From Deltaproteobacteria bacterium (GTDB taxonomy: Bacteria > Myxococcota_A > Polyangia > Fen-1088), in the NCBI GenBank assembly GCA_033763315.1, contig JANRKS010000003.1:1-56119 (forward strand): a DNA stretch of 56,119 bases, given 5' to 3'. The notes under the pieces were generated by a model, which saw only the letters and a program-made list of their open reading frames with translations, had not been told where the DNA came from and did not search any database. Each line of letters opens with the position of its first letter. Position 1 is the stretch's first letter. Below, one piece after another: positions 31,982 to 41,601 of this stretch. Position numbers and translations under genes: made by a program.

Positions 31982-33129
31982 CCCTGCCTTCTTTCGCTTC
32001 GATTCGCGACAAAGTCAAAGCCCAAGAGCCGCTAAGTTTTGATGATGGCGTGGCCTTATTCCACCATAAGAACCTGCTGGATGTGGCCTCGCTTGCCAAC
32101 GAAGTGCGTGAACGCATGCATGGCGATCGAACGTACTTCAATCGGAACTTTCACATCAACGCCACGAACGTGTGCGTGGCGGGATGCCGGTTCTGCTCGT
32201 TCGCTCGGCTTGAAGAAGGCAGCCCCCAGGCGCAAACACTGACGCATGAAGAAGCGTTCGCAAAACTGCAGCGCCGTGTGGACGCCAACGAAGCGGTGAC
32301 GGAGATCCACATCGTGAACGGCCTGCACCCTGGCTTGCCGTTCGACTATTACACGAAGCTGCTCAGCGGGCTCAAAGCCATCAAGCCCAGCATTCATCTC
32401 AAAGCTTTCACCGCTGTTGAGATTCACTACTATCACCAACGCTATGGCATGAGCATCGAAGAGGTGCTGCGGCAATTGCACGCCGCCGGCCTTGATTCAC
32501 TGCCTGGCGGCGGCGCCGAAATCTTCGCCCCACGGGTGCGCAAGAAGATCTGCGATGACAAATGCAACGCCGAAGAATGGCTAGCGGTGCATCGGGCGGC
32601 CCACGCCATGGGGATGCGCTCCAACTGCACGATGCTTTACGGCCACATCGAAACGCTCGAAGAGCGCGTCGATCACATGCTGCAGTTGCGCGCGCTGCAG
32701 GACGAAACGGGCGGCTTTCAAACGTTCATTCCGCTGGCCTTCCACCCGGACAACAACGCGTTGATGAAGTTGCCCGGCCCCACCGGGGCAGAAGACCTGC
32801 GCACCTACGCCGTCGCACGGTTGCTTTTGCACAACATCCCACACCTGAAGGCCTACTGGGTGATGCTGGGCGTGAAGACTTCGCAAACCGCGTTGTGGTT
32901 CGGCGCCAACGATCTGGACGGCACCGTTCAAGAAGAGAAGATTTATCACATGGCCGGCGCCGAGACGCCGCAGACGCTCACGCCCGACGAGATCGTGCGC
33001 TTGATCGTCAACGCAGGCCGCACGCCGGTGGAGCGCGACACGCTTTACAACGTGATCGCCGAAGGCGAGGCGCTGGTGCCCAACAAGCCCTTCCGCCGCA
33101 ACGTGCGCTCACTGGAGGTGGTGCAATGA
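31978..33129 (+). CDS. mqnE: Aminofutalosine synthase MqnE
   Basis: NATNVCVAGCRFCSF, HLKAFTAVEI, FIPLAFHPDN, HLKAYWVM. Confidence 0.92.
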   Translation: MTLPSFASIRDKVKAQEPLSFDDGVALFHHKNLLDVASLANEVRERMHGDRTYFNRNFHINATNVCVAGCRFCSFARLEEGSPQAQTLTHEEAFAKLQRRVDANEAVTEIHIVNGLHPGLPFDYYTKLLSGLKAIKPSIHLKAFTAVEIHYYHQRYGMSIEEVLRQLHAAGLDSLPGGGAEIFAPRVRKKICDDKCNAEEWLAVHRAAHAMGMRSNCTMLYGHIETLEERVDHMLQLRALQDETGGFQTFIPLAFHPDNNALMKLPGPTGAEDLRTYAVARLLLHNIPHLKAYWVMLGVKTSQTALWFGANDLDGTVQEEKIYHMAGAETPQTLTPDEIVRLIVNAGRTPVERDTLYNVIAEGEALVPNKPFRRNVRSLEVVQ

Positions 33130-35084
33130 AGAAGATTCGTCTGGCCGCCGTTTCGTTTTTGAACTCACGGCCCATCACGTATGCGCTGGAGCGTGGCCAG
33201 GGGCGCATGGGCGAGAAGTTCGATCTGCGATATGAACTGCCTTCGCGGTGTGCCGACCTACTGGCGCAAGGTGAAGCGGATTTGGCCCTGTTGCCCAGCG
33301 CCTCCTATGCAGCGATCAGCGACGATTTGCGCATCGTGCCTGGGATCGCTGTGGCCGGCAAAGGCCCCGTTCGCACCGTTTTGCTGGTGGGCCAGGTTCC
33401 GTGGGAGCGCATGGACGTCATCGGCACCGACAGCGCCTCGCGGACGTCAGCCACGTTGGTGCAGTTGCTCACGCGCGATCGGGGTTTGTCGCCACGCTTT
33501 GAAACCACCACGCACGCCCACATCATGGACACGGTCGTGGGCACACGCGGCGCCTTGATGATTGGCGATCCAGCCTTCATTGCCGCTGAGCGTTTTCCTT
33601 ACGTCTACGACCTAGGCCAAGAGTGGACCAAGTGGGTGGGCTTGCCGTTTGTTTACGCCGTGTGGGCGGGCCGGCCGGGGGCCATCGACGCCGAAGGCGT
33701 CAAACTCTTGCAAGAGAGCTTGCGTTTGGGCCTGCAACACCGTGCGGAGATCGCACGCGGTTGGGCAGAGAATTCGCACCTGACGCCCGAGGCGTGTGAA
33801 TCGTATCTGCAACACAACATTCGCTATCAGTTGGGCGCCGAAGAGTTGTCAGGCGCCACCGCGTTCTTTGATCGTGCGTTCAAGGCGGGCCTGCTGCCAC
33901 GCAAAGCGGCCTTGCGGTTCTTCGATGATGGCCGCCCTGAACGCCCCATCACCACTGTGCGGACGGCGCCACCCCTGCCCGTGCCACGCACCGGAACGGA
34001 TCATCCGCAAAAATCTTTGGATGCCTTGCTCACGGACGCGGCCGCAGGCCAGAGGCTGGGTTTCGAGGACGCTTTGCGCTTGTATGACAAGGCCAGCACG
34101 ATCGATCTGGGCATGGCCGCCGATCTGCGACGCCAGGCGCTGCATGGCGACGGCACGGTGACGTACATCATCGATCGCAACGTCAACTACACCAACGTGT
34201 GTGTGACCCGATGCAAGTTCTGCAACTTCTATCGCCCGCCCGGACGCGCGGATGGTTACACGCATTCGAAAGAAGTGTTGGCCAAGCGTCTGCAAGAAAC
34301 GGTGGATCTGGGCGGCGTGCAGATCCTTTTGCAAGGCGGCTTGAACCCTGACTTGCCGCTGGCTTATTACGAAGACTTGTTTCGCTGGATGAAAGCGAAC
34401 TTTCCTCTCGCGATTCACGGTCTATCGCCTGAGGAGATCCGCTACATTGCTGAGCTTGAGAATATGTCGCTGCGAGGCGTGATCGAACGCTTGGTGGCGG
34501 CGGGCCTGGATTCCATTCCTGGCGGCGGCGCCGAGATCTTGGACGACGAAATCCGCGAACGCATTTCGCCGCTCAAGTGCTCAACGGAAACATGGCTCGA
34601 AGTGATGCGACAAGGGCACGCGCTGGGGCTACGCACCACGGGCACGATGGTTTTCGGGTTTGGCGAAACCCCACAACACATTTTCAACCACCTGGAACAC
34701 CTGCGCGCCTTGCAAGATGAAACGGCCGGATTCACCGCCTTTATCTGCTGGCCGTTTCAAGCGGAAGGCACGCGCTTGAAACTCAAAGACGATACGACGG
34801 CGATGCGCTATCTGCGTGTATTCGCGTTGTCGCGGCTTTACCTCGATAACTTCCCCAATCTGCAGGTGTCGTGGCCCACGATGGGACCTGACGTTGGGCA
34901 AGTGGCCTTGCGGTTTGGCGGCAACGACTTTGGCAGCGCGATGATCGAAGAGAATGTGGTTTCGCAAGCGGGCGCCGTGTTCAAGCTTTCGGGCGACGAC
35001 ATCGAACGCTATGTGCGGGAGGCTGGCTTCGTTCCACGGCGCCGCAACATGCGCTACGAGCTGCTGGCCGCGCGGCAGGTTTAA
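33126..35084 (+). CDS. mqnA-mqnC: Fused chorismate dehydratase MqnA - cyclic dehypoxanthinyl futalosine synthase MqnC
   Basis: N-half VSFLNSRP, SRTS, LMIGD, DLGQEW..GLPFVYAVW (MqnA); C-half TYIIDRNVNYTNVCVTRCKFCNFYR, GGNDFGSAMIEENVV (MqnC); one frame from ATG 33126, overlapping the mqnE stop. Confidence 0.9.
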   Translation: MKKIRLAAVSFLNSRPITYALERGQGRMGEKFDLRYELPSRCADLLAQGEADLALLPSASYAAISDDLRIVPGIAVAGKGPVRTVLLVGQVPWERMDVIGTDSASRTSATLVQLLTRDRGLSPRFETTTHAHIMDTVVGTRGALMIGDPAFIAAERFPYVYDLGQEWTKWVGLPFVYAVWAGRPGAIDAEGVKLLQESLRLGLQHRAEIARGWAENSHLTPEACESYLQHNIRYQLGAEELSGATAFFDRAFKAGLLPRKAALRFFDDGRPERPITTVRTAPPLPVPRTGTDHPQKSLDALLTDAAAGQRLGFEDALRLYDKASTIDLGMAADLRRQALHGDGTVTYIIDRNVNYTNVCVTRCKFCNFYRPPGRADGYTHSKEVLAKRLQETVDLGGVQILLQGGLNPDLPLAYYEDLFRWMKANFPLAIHGLSPEEIRYIAELENMSLRGVIERLVAAGLDSIPGGGAEILDDEIRERISPLKCSTETWLEVMRQGHALGLRTTGTMVFGFGETPQHIFNHLEHLRALQDETAGFTAFICWPFQAEGTRLKLKDDTTAMRYLRVFALSRLYLDNFPNLQVSWPTMGPDVGQVALRFGGNDFGSAMIEENVVSQAGAVFKLSGDDIERYVREAGFVPRRRNMRYELLAARQV

Positions 35085-35093
35085 GGAGCCACC

Positions 35094-36323
35094 GTGACGG
35101 CACTGCTCATCGCCGCAGACTGGGTGGTGCCAATCACCCAGCCCATGGTGCAAGATGGCGCTGTCGTTGTTGATGAGTCTGGCACCATCTTGGCGGTGGG
35201 CGAAGCCGATGAGCTTCGACGGGTTTATCCTTCCGCACCTGAGCGGCGCGTTCATGGCGCTTTGTTGCCAGGCTTAGTCAACGCGCACACACACGTTGAA
35301 TTGTCGGCGTTGGCGGGGATGGTGCCTGGCGGTGAAGGCCTTGTGGCGTGGGTGCAAAAGCTGATGCCGCTTGCGAAAGGGTTGGCGGCCGAGCAGAAGC
35401 AGGACGCTATGCGTGCGGCGGCGCAAGCGCTGTTCGATGCGGGAACGGCGGCCGTGGGCGACGTGGGCAATGGCTTGCAAGCCGTGGCTGCGTTGGGCAC
35501 ACAGCCGTTGCAGGGCACATTCTTTCACGAGCTGCTTGGCTCGGCGGATAGCGTTCATTCTGATGTCTTGGCCGCCGCGCGAAGCGAGCATGAGGCGATG
35601 AAGGGCGCAAACGCATGGCCCCAGCGGTTTGCATACGTGCAGGCGCCCCACGCGCCTTACTCTGCCAGCCCTCGTCTATTGCAACGCCTCTTCGCATCGG
35701 CCGCGGCGCGCGGCGAACGCACCACGATTCACGCGGCAGAAGATGCAGACGAGATCGCGTTGCTTGTTCACGGCAAAGGCCAATGGCCGGCCGTGCTGAA
35801 TCGGCTTGGCGTGCCCGCAGGCGAGCGCACGCCGCAACAACGCCCCGTGCCCTATCTCGCGCAACAGGGGGCGTTTGCCGGGGCGCACCCTTGTGCTTTG
35901 GTTCACATGACGGAAGCCGACACCGAGGACATCAATGCGGCGGCAAAAGCTCACGCTCCGATTGTGTTGTGCCCACGATCAAACCTGCATATCGGGGCGG
36001 CCTTGCCACCGGTGAAGCGGTTCATTGAGGCCAACATGACGCTCGCGATCGGCACTGATAGTTTGGCGTCCAACAAGTCCCTGTCGTTGTGGGATGAGAT
36101 GGCAGAACTTTCGCATCAATTCCCTGACGTGCCCGGGCAACATTGGCTGCAAGCGGCAACGCTGGGCGGGGCGCACGTGCTGAACAGGCCCTGGCTGGGC
36201 TCACTCGCGGTGGGCAAACGTCCGGGCTTGTTGGGTGTGCGGTTGGCCGCCTCACAAGACACGCTCCTATCGACATTGACGAGTCGTCCGCCATCGAACA
36301 TCAGCTGGGTGGTTGAGCCATGA
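35094..36323 (+). CDS. Amidohydrolase, probable aminofutalosine deaminase
   Basis: PGLVNAHTHVELS, PHAPYS, HAAE, CPRSN, GTDSLASN; lies inside the mqn operon. Confidence 0.82.
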   Translation: MTALLIAADWVVPITQPMVQDGAVVVDESGTILAVGEADELRRVYPSAPERRVHGALLPGLVNAHTHVELSALAGMVPGGEGLVAWVQKLMPLAKGLAAEQKQDAMRAAAQALFDAGTAAVGDVGNGLQAVAALGTQPLQGTFFHELLGSADSVHSDVLAAARSEHEAMKGANAWPQRFAYVQAPHAPYSASPRLLQRLFASAAARGERTTIHAAEDADEIALLVHGKGQWPAVLNRLGVPAGERTPQQRPVPYLAQQGAFAGAHPCALVHMTEADTEDINAAAKAHAPIVLCPRSNLHIGAALPPVKRFIEANMTLAIGTDSLASNKSLSLWDEMAELSHQFPDVPGQHWLQAATLGGAHVLNRPWLGSLAVGKRPGLLGVRLAASQDTLLSTLTSRPPSNISWVVEP

Positions 36324-37195
36324 CAACATTTGTGAGCCAAGTCCAAACGTTTGGACGCATGATCAAATTCAGCCACACAATCTTCGCCTTGCCCTTCGCG
36401 TTGGCGGCCGCGGCCATCGCCGCACGTGGCCACGGTCTATCGACCGATCGGTTGTTCGCAATCATTGTGGCTATGGCAACGGCGCGCACAAGCGCGATGG
36501 GCTGGAACCGGATCGTGGATAGGCATTACGACGCGCAGAACCCGCGCACAGCCACGCGCGAGATCCCGAGCGGGAAGATCTCCGTGCGAACCGCGACGGG
36601 CATCGTGGTGGTTTCAAGCTTGCTGTTCTTGGCCGCGGCCGCCTATTTGGGGCGCCTGTGCTTTACGTTGTCGCCAATCGCGTTGGGGCTGGTTCTGGGC
36701 TATTCGTACACCAAGCGCTTTACCTGGCTTTGCCACTTGTTTTTGGGCTTCGCGATCGCGGCCGGGCCGGCGGGCGCGTGGATTGCCGTGACCGGTTCGC
36801 TTTCGCCACCAGCTCTGTGGCTGGTGCTGGCTGTCACAACATGGATTGGCGGCTTCGACGTTCTCTACGCGCTCTCCGATCGTGAGTTCGATCAACATGC
36901 CAAGCTAAGGTCAATTCCGGCGCGTTTCGGCGTGGTGAAGTCGCTGTGGATCTCGGGTCTGCTCCACGTTGCCACGGCGGCAGCTCTGCTAATGACGGGA
37001 GTGACCGCGCGCTTGGGGTTGGCGTACTTCACGGGCGTGGCTGTGATCGTCGCCATTTTGATTTGGGAGCACAGCATCGTGAAGCCCAAGGATCTATCGC
37101 GGCTGAACATGGCGTTCTTTGGCCTCAATGGTTACGTGTCGATGGCCTTTCTGCTCGCCACGTTGGTGGATGTGGGTTTGCGTTACTGGCTTTAA
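36320..37195 (+). CDS. mqnP: UbiA-family prenyltransferase (MqnP-like)
   Basis: IKFSHTIFALPFA, ARTSAMGWNRIVD...NPRT..REIPSG, YSYTKRFT. Confidence 0.88.
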   Translation: MTTFVSQVQTFGRMIKFSHTIFALPFALAAAAIAARGHGLSTDRLFAIIVAMATARTSAMGWNRIVDRHYDAQNPRTATREIPSGKISVRTATGIVVVSSLLFLAAAAYLGRLCFTLSPIALGLVLGYSYTKRFTWLCHLFLGFAIAAGPAGAWIAVTGSLSPPALWLVLAVTTWIGGFDVLYALSDREFDQHAKLRSIPARFGVVKSLWISGLLHVATAAALLMTGVTARLGLAYFTGVAVIVAILIWEHSIVKPKDLSRLNMAFFGLNGYVSMAFLLATLVDVGLRYWL

Positions 37196-37286
37196 TCCGG
37201 CAGCAGGACCTCTCTTTCATTTTTCGCAACACAATGTTGTGAACGATGCGTCTTGCGCAATGAAAATGCGGCGTTAGTCTTTGACC

Positions 37287-39170
37287 ATGCTGCACCCCAA
37301 AGGATTCCGAAGCCGCACCACCACCGCCGGCCGCAACATGGCAGGCGCCCGCTCGCTGTGGCGGGCCACGGGCATGAAGGACGCCGACTTCGAAAAGCCC
37401 ATCATCGCGATAGCGAACAGCTTCACGCAATTCGTTCCAGGCCACGTCCACCTGTGGGATGTGGGCCAACGCGTGAAGAAGGTGATCGACGAAGCGGGCG
37501 GTTGGGGCGTGGAATTCAATACCATCGCGGTGGATGACGGCATCGCCATGGGCCACGGCGGCATGTTGTATTCGTTGCCCAGCCGCGATCTCATCGCCGA
37601 CTCGGTGGAATACATGGTGAACGCCCACTGTGCCGACGCCCTGGTGTGCATCTCCAACTGCGACAAGATCACGCCGGGCATGTTGATGGCGGCGATGCGG
37701 TTGAACATCCCCACGATCTTCGTTTCGGGTGGCCCGATGGAGGCCGGCAAAATCGTGGGTACGCACGATCGCAACGGCAAGGCCACGGTGCGCAAGTTGG
37801 ATCTCATCGATTCGATGATTGCTTCTAGCGATTCGAAGGTCAGCGATGAAGAGCTTTTGAATCTTGAGCGTTCGGCGTGCCCCACGTGTGGCTCGTGTTC
37901 GGGCATGTTCACGGCCAACAGCATGAACTGCTTGAACGAGGCTCTGGGCTTGGCCCTGCCCGGCAACGGCACCTTGCTGGCCACGCACGCGCGGCGCTGG
38001 GAATTGTTCGAAGCCGCCAGCCACCGCATCGTTGAGATGGCAAAGCAGCACTATGTGGACGGCGACGACAGCGTTCTGCCGCGCAACATCGCCACCTTCG
38101 ACGCGTTCGAGAACGCGATGGCATTGGACATCGCGATGGGCGGCTCGACCAACACGGTGTTGCACATCTTGGCGATCGCCAAAGAAGCCGGCGTGAACTT
38201 TACGATGGCCGACATGGATCGCATGAGCCGCAAAGTGCCGAACCTGTGCAAGGTGGCACCATCAAGCTCGTACCACGTGGAAGACGTGCACCGCGCGGGT
38301 GGCATCTTCACGATCTTGGGCCAGCTCGACAAAGCGGGCCTGTTGCACCGCCACGTGGGCACTGTGCATTCAAAGACGATGGGCGAAGCCGTGGATCTGA
38401 ATGACGTGCACCGCCCCACGGCCACCGCTGCCGCAAAGGCACGTGCTTTGGCGGCGCCAGGCGGCGTGCCCACGAAGGTGGCCTTTTCGCAGGACAAGTA
38501 TTTCGATAAGCCCGACGTGGATCTCGAGCGCGGCTGCATCCGCGACGCGGAACACGCGTTTAGCAAAGAAGGTGGTTTGGCGGTTTTGTTCGGCAACTTC
38601 GCGCAAGAAGGCTGCATCGTGAAGACAGCCGGCGTTGACGAATCTATCTGGAAATTCGAAGGCCCCGCGCGCGTCTTCAACTCACAAGATTCTGCGTGCG
38701 ACGCCATCATGGCGGATCAGATCAAAGCGGGCGACGTGGTGGTTATCGTTTACGAGGGCCCGCGTGGTGGCCCGGGCATGCAGGAAATGCTTTACCCAAC
38801 CTCGTTCTTAAAAGGCAAAGGCCTTGGCAAAGCGTGCGCGTTGATCACCGATGGGCGCTTTAGCGGTGGTACCAGCGGCTTGAGCATCGGGCACGTTTCA
38901 CCTGAAGCGGCCGAAGGCGGCAACATCGGCCTCATTGAGGAAGGCGATCTCATCAAGATCGATATTCCCGCGCGCAAAATCGACGTGGCGGTGAGCGACA
39001 GCGTTTTGCAGGAGCGTCGCGAAAAGATGATGGCGAAGGGCAAAGACGCCTTCCGCCCCAACCGCGATCGCTATGTGTCACAAGCGCTGCAAGCTTACGC
39101 GCTTATGACCACCAGCGCTTCAAAGGGCGCCGTGCGCGACATCGCGCAGCTGGAACGCAAGCATAAGTAG
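37287..39170 (+). CDS. ilvD: Dihydroxy-acid dehydratase
   Basis: [49 protein letters not shown]. Confidence 0.97.
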   Translation: MLHPKGFRSRTTTAGRNMAGARSLWRATGMKDADFEKPIIAIANSFTQFVPGHVHLWDVGQRVKKVIDEAGGWGVEFNTIAVDDGIAMGHGGMLYSLPSRDLIADSVEYMVNAHCADALVCISNCDKITPGMLMAAMRLNIPTIFVSGGPMEAGKIVGTHDRNGKATVRKLDLIDSMIASSDSKVSDEELLNLERSACPTCGSCSGMFTANSMNCLNEALGLALPGNGTLLATHARRWELFEAASHRIVEMAKQHYVDGDDSVLPRNIATFDAFENAMALDIAMGGSTNTVLHILAIAKEAGVNFTMADMDRMSRKVPNLCKVAPSSSYHVEDVHRAGGIFTILGQLDKAGLLHRHVGTVHSKTMGEAVDLNDVHRPTATAAAKARALAAPGGVPTKVAFSQDKYFDKPDVDLERGCIRDAEHAFSKEGGLAVLFGNFAQEGCIVKTAGVDESIWKFEGPARVFNSQDSACDAIMADQIKAGDVVVIVYEGPRGGPGMQEMLYPTSFLKGKGLGKACALITDGRFSGGTSGLSIGHVSPEAAEGGNIGLIEEGDLIKIDIPARKIDVAVSDSVLQERREKMMAKGKDAFRPNRDRYVSQALQAYALMTTSASKGAVRDIAQLERKHK

Positions 39171-39212
39171 CGGCCAAACAAAGCGCCCTGCCACATCAAC
39201 GGCAGGGCGCGT

Positions 39213-40241
39213 TCAAGAGGCCACGCTACGGCCATCGAAGCGCCACGTGCCGGCGGCTTCTTGTTCGGCGTGCACCACGCGGCCCATGAACTTGGAAATC
39301 GTTTCAAGCTGCGTGCGCGCGTGCATTGTGGGTGTGGACGTGCGAAAGCAGCTGCCCTGGGCCAACGCCAACAGCAGAACAAGTTGATCGGCCAAGTGCG
39401 GGCCCACGGGCACGTCACTCTCTAGATATTCAGTGGCGGCGGTCGCGACTTCTTCCGCGACCGCTTCGGCGCGCACGCGCTTTTCACCGAAGCCCACCAT
39501 CACCTCAGTGACGTGTTCAGCCTCAACGTAAACCAGCACCGCGTTGCCCGGACCCGCTGAATCGCTGCGCTGTTCAATCACGCAATCCTGGGACGCCAAG
39601 CCCAAGCGGGAGGCCACAACTTCAACCTCGCGCGCGGCGATGGCGCGCGGCAAGTTGGCGATGAGCACGCGGGCGTGCCGCCGCTTGATGGCGCCGCGTT
39701 CAAGCAAAACCAACGGCGACAAGCTCGGCGTGGGTGCGACCTCAACGCGCAGCCGACCGCCGCCCGCCGGATAGAACCCGGGGCGCTCAAGCACAACCTT
39801 CACCTGCGGGCCCATGCGTGCGACCAGCGGCAAATAAACGTCGGCCAGAAAGTCAAACGGGGGCGCGCTGGGGTTGTGGGTGCCACCTTCAAGAATGATC
39901 GTGGAAGGTGCAGGTGCCGTAAGCAAGGCGGGCAAAACGGTTTGCAGCACAAGCGTGGTGCTGCCCGCCGTGCCGACGGAGAACATGAACGCGCCGCCTT
40001 GCAGCTTCGAAGGCGCAAACGCCACGCTGCGCGCCCCGATCGCGGCGCCCTCCACGCGTGCATTACCGATCGTTGCCGCCGCTTCCACGGCCGTAAGATG
40101 CTGCCGCAGCAAACCCGGGCGCGCGCGGCCCGCACGGATGTTGTCGATGCGAAAGGCCTGCCCCGTGATCAACGACAACGCCAACGCCGAGCGTAGGATC
40201 TGCCCCCCACCCTCGCCTTGTGAACCATCAAGAATAACCAT
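39213..40241 (-). CDS. rtcA: RNA 3'-terminal phosphate cyclase
   Basis: DGSQGEGGGQILR, GGTHNP.AP, GFYPAGGG, HLADQL. Confidence 0.97.
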   Translation of the reverse strand: MVILDGSQGEGGGQILRSALALSLITGQAFRIDNIRAGRARPGLLRQHLTAVEAAATIGNARVEGAAIGARSVAFAPSKLQGGAFMFSVGTAGSTTLVLQTVLPALLTAPAPSTIILEGGTHNPSAPPFDFLADVYLPLVARMGPQVKVVLERPGFYPAGGGRLRVEVAPTPSLSPLVLLERGAIKRRHARVLIANLPRAIAAREVEVVASRLGLASQDCVIEQRSDSAGPGNAVLVYVEAEHVTEVMVGFGEKRVRAEAVAEEVATAATEYLESDVPVGPHLADQLVLLLALAQGSCFRTSTPTMHARTQLETISKFMGRVVHAEQEAAGTWRFDGRSVAS

Positions 40242-40245
40242 TTCA

Positions 40246-41493
40246 TCAACCCTTCACACACACCACTTGGCGAAGCGTGTGTACAATTTCCACCAAGCTT
40301 TTCTGTGCATTCATCACAACGTCGATGGGTTTATAGGCCATCGGCGTCTCATCGATCACGTCGGCGTCTTTGCGGCATTCGATCCCTTGCGTCGCTTCTT
40401 GGTGATCCTTCACCGTGAACCGCCGCCGCGCTTCCGTGCGTGACATCTTACGACCGGCGCCGTGGCTGCAGCTATGAAAGCTGTCGTCGTGACCAAGCCC
40501 TCGCACAATAAACGAGCGCGCCCCCATACTGCCGGGGATGATCCCCATGTCTCCTTGCCGCGCACGCACGGCCCCCTTGCGTGTCACCAACACGTTTTCA
40601 CCGAAATGATGTTCGCGCGCCACATAGTTGTGGTGGCAGTTCACAGCCTCGAGGCGCGCCTCGAACGCAGGCAAGACCTTGCTCTTGCGCAAAGCCCCCA
40701 CCACCTGCGCCATCATCAGCTCGCGGTTAAGCCGCGCGTATTCCTGCGCCCAGTGCACGCCCTGCACATAATCATCAAAGTGCTCGCTCCCCTCAACCAG
40801 GTAAGCCAAATCGGTGTCAGGCAAATTGATAAAGTGGCGCCGCATGTCGCCTTTCGCCAGCTCGATAAAAAAGCTGCCAATGCGGTTCCCCACGCCACGC
40901 GAGCCGCTGTGCAACATCACCCACACATGATTGTCTTGATCCAAACAAAGCTCGATGAAATGGTTACCTGTGCCAAGGGTCCCCAAGTGCTGCACATGTG
41001 AACCGCGATCCAGCTTGGGGTATTTGGCAATCAGGGCGTCGTACCCAGGGCGAAGCTGGGCCCACGCCTCGGCCGCGGCCGAAGGGATGTTTTTCCAGGC
41101 GCCGCGATCGTTGCGTCCGCCATTGTCTGTTCGCCCGTGCGGCACGGCCGCCTCGATCGCCGTGCGCAGCCCGCTCAAATCATCAGGCAACGCAGCGGCG
41201 TTAAGGCTGGTGCGCACAGCCATCATGCCGCAGCCGATGTCCACACCCACGGCGGCCGGCACGATCGCGCCTTTGGTGGCCACCACGCTGCCCACGGTGG
41301 CGCCGATGCCCACGTGCACGTCAGGCATCACGGCGATGTGCTTGTGGATAAATGGCAACGCCGCCATGCGCTCAAGCTGGGCGCGTGCCTCGGGCTCAAA
41401 CGGAACGCCGACTGTCCACGACTTGATGTGCGCGCCGCCTGGCACGTGAAAGGTTTCGTGAGTGGTTGCCACGGGACTGAAAGTCGTTGTCAT
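40246..41493 (-). CDS. rtcB: RNA ligase RtcB
   Basis: MPDVH, VGVDIGCG, LGTLGTGNHF, HSGSRG, CHHNY, PGSMG, SHGAGR. Confidence 0.97.
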   Translation of the reverse strand: MTTTFSPVATTHETFHVPGGAHIKSWTVGVPFEPEARAQLERMAALPFIHKHIAVMPDVHVGIGATVGSVVATKGAIVPAAVGVDIGCGMMAVRTSLNAAALPDDLSGLRTAIEAAVPHGRTDNGGRNDRGAWKNIPSAAAEAWAQLRPGYDALIAKYPKLDRGSHVQHLGTLGTGNHFIELCLDQDNHVWVMLHSGSRGVGNRIGSFFIELAKGDMRRHFINLPDTDLAYLVEGSEHFDDYVQGVHWAQEYARLNRELMMAQVVGALRKSKVLPAFEARLEAVNCHHNYVAREHHFGENVLVTRKGAVRARQGDMGIIPGSMGARSFIVRGLGHDDSFHSCSHGAGRKMSRTEARRRFTVKDHQEATQGIECRKDADVIDETPMAYKPIDVVMNAQKSLVEIVHTLRQVVCVKG

Positions 41494-41506
41494 GTGTGGG
41501 GCAGAC

Positions 41507-41522
41507 TGCAGCCGTCATGCCA
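41507..41522 (-). promoter_or_regulatory. Sigma54 (-24/-12) promoter of rtcBA
   Basis: Minus strand TGGCATGACGGCTGCA = GG-N10-GC, directly upstream of rtcB and divergent from rtcR. Confidence 0.78.
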
Positions 41523-41561
41523 GGCCGGCCGGACGCGGTGGGGCGGGCCCCGCAGCGCGCA

Positions 41562-41592
41562 GTTTATATTCTCATATACGTCGTTTATACTC
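41562..41592. promoter_or_regulatory. Candidate RtcR upstream activating sequence
   Basis: AT-rich island with direct repeat GTTTATA(T/C)TC, two copies 21 bp apart, between rtcB and rtcR. Confidence 0.45.
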
Positions 41593-41601
41593 CTGAATCG
41601 T

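Noticed and set aside
32562-33125. N-terminal extension of the 840-aa ORF
   Set aside because: Overlaps mqnE in another frame; the real start is ATG 33126.
41137-41601. N-terminal extension of the 695-aa RtcR ORF
   Set aside because: Overlaps rtcB and its promoter; RtcR similarity starts near 41602.
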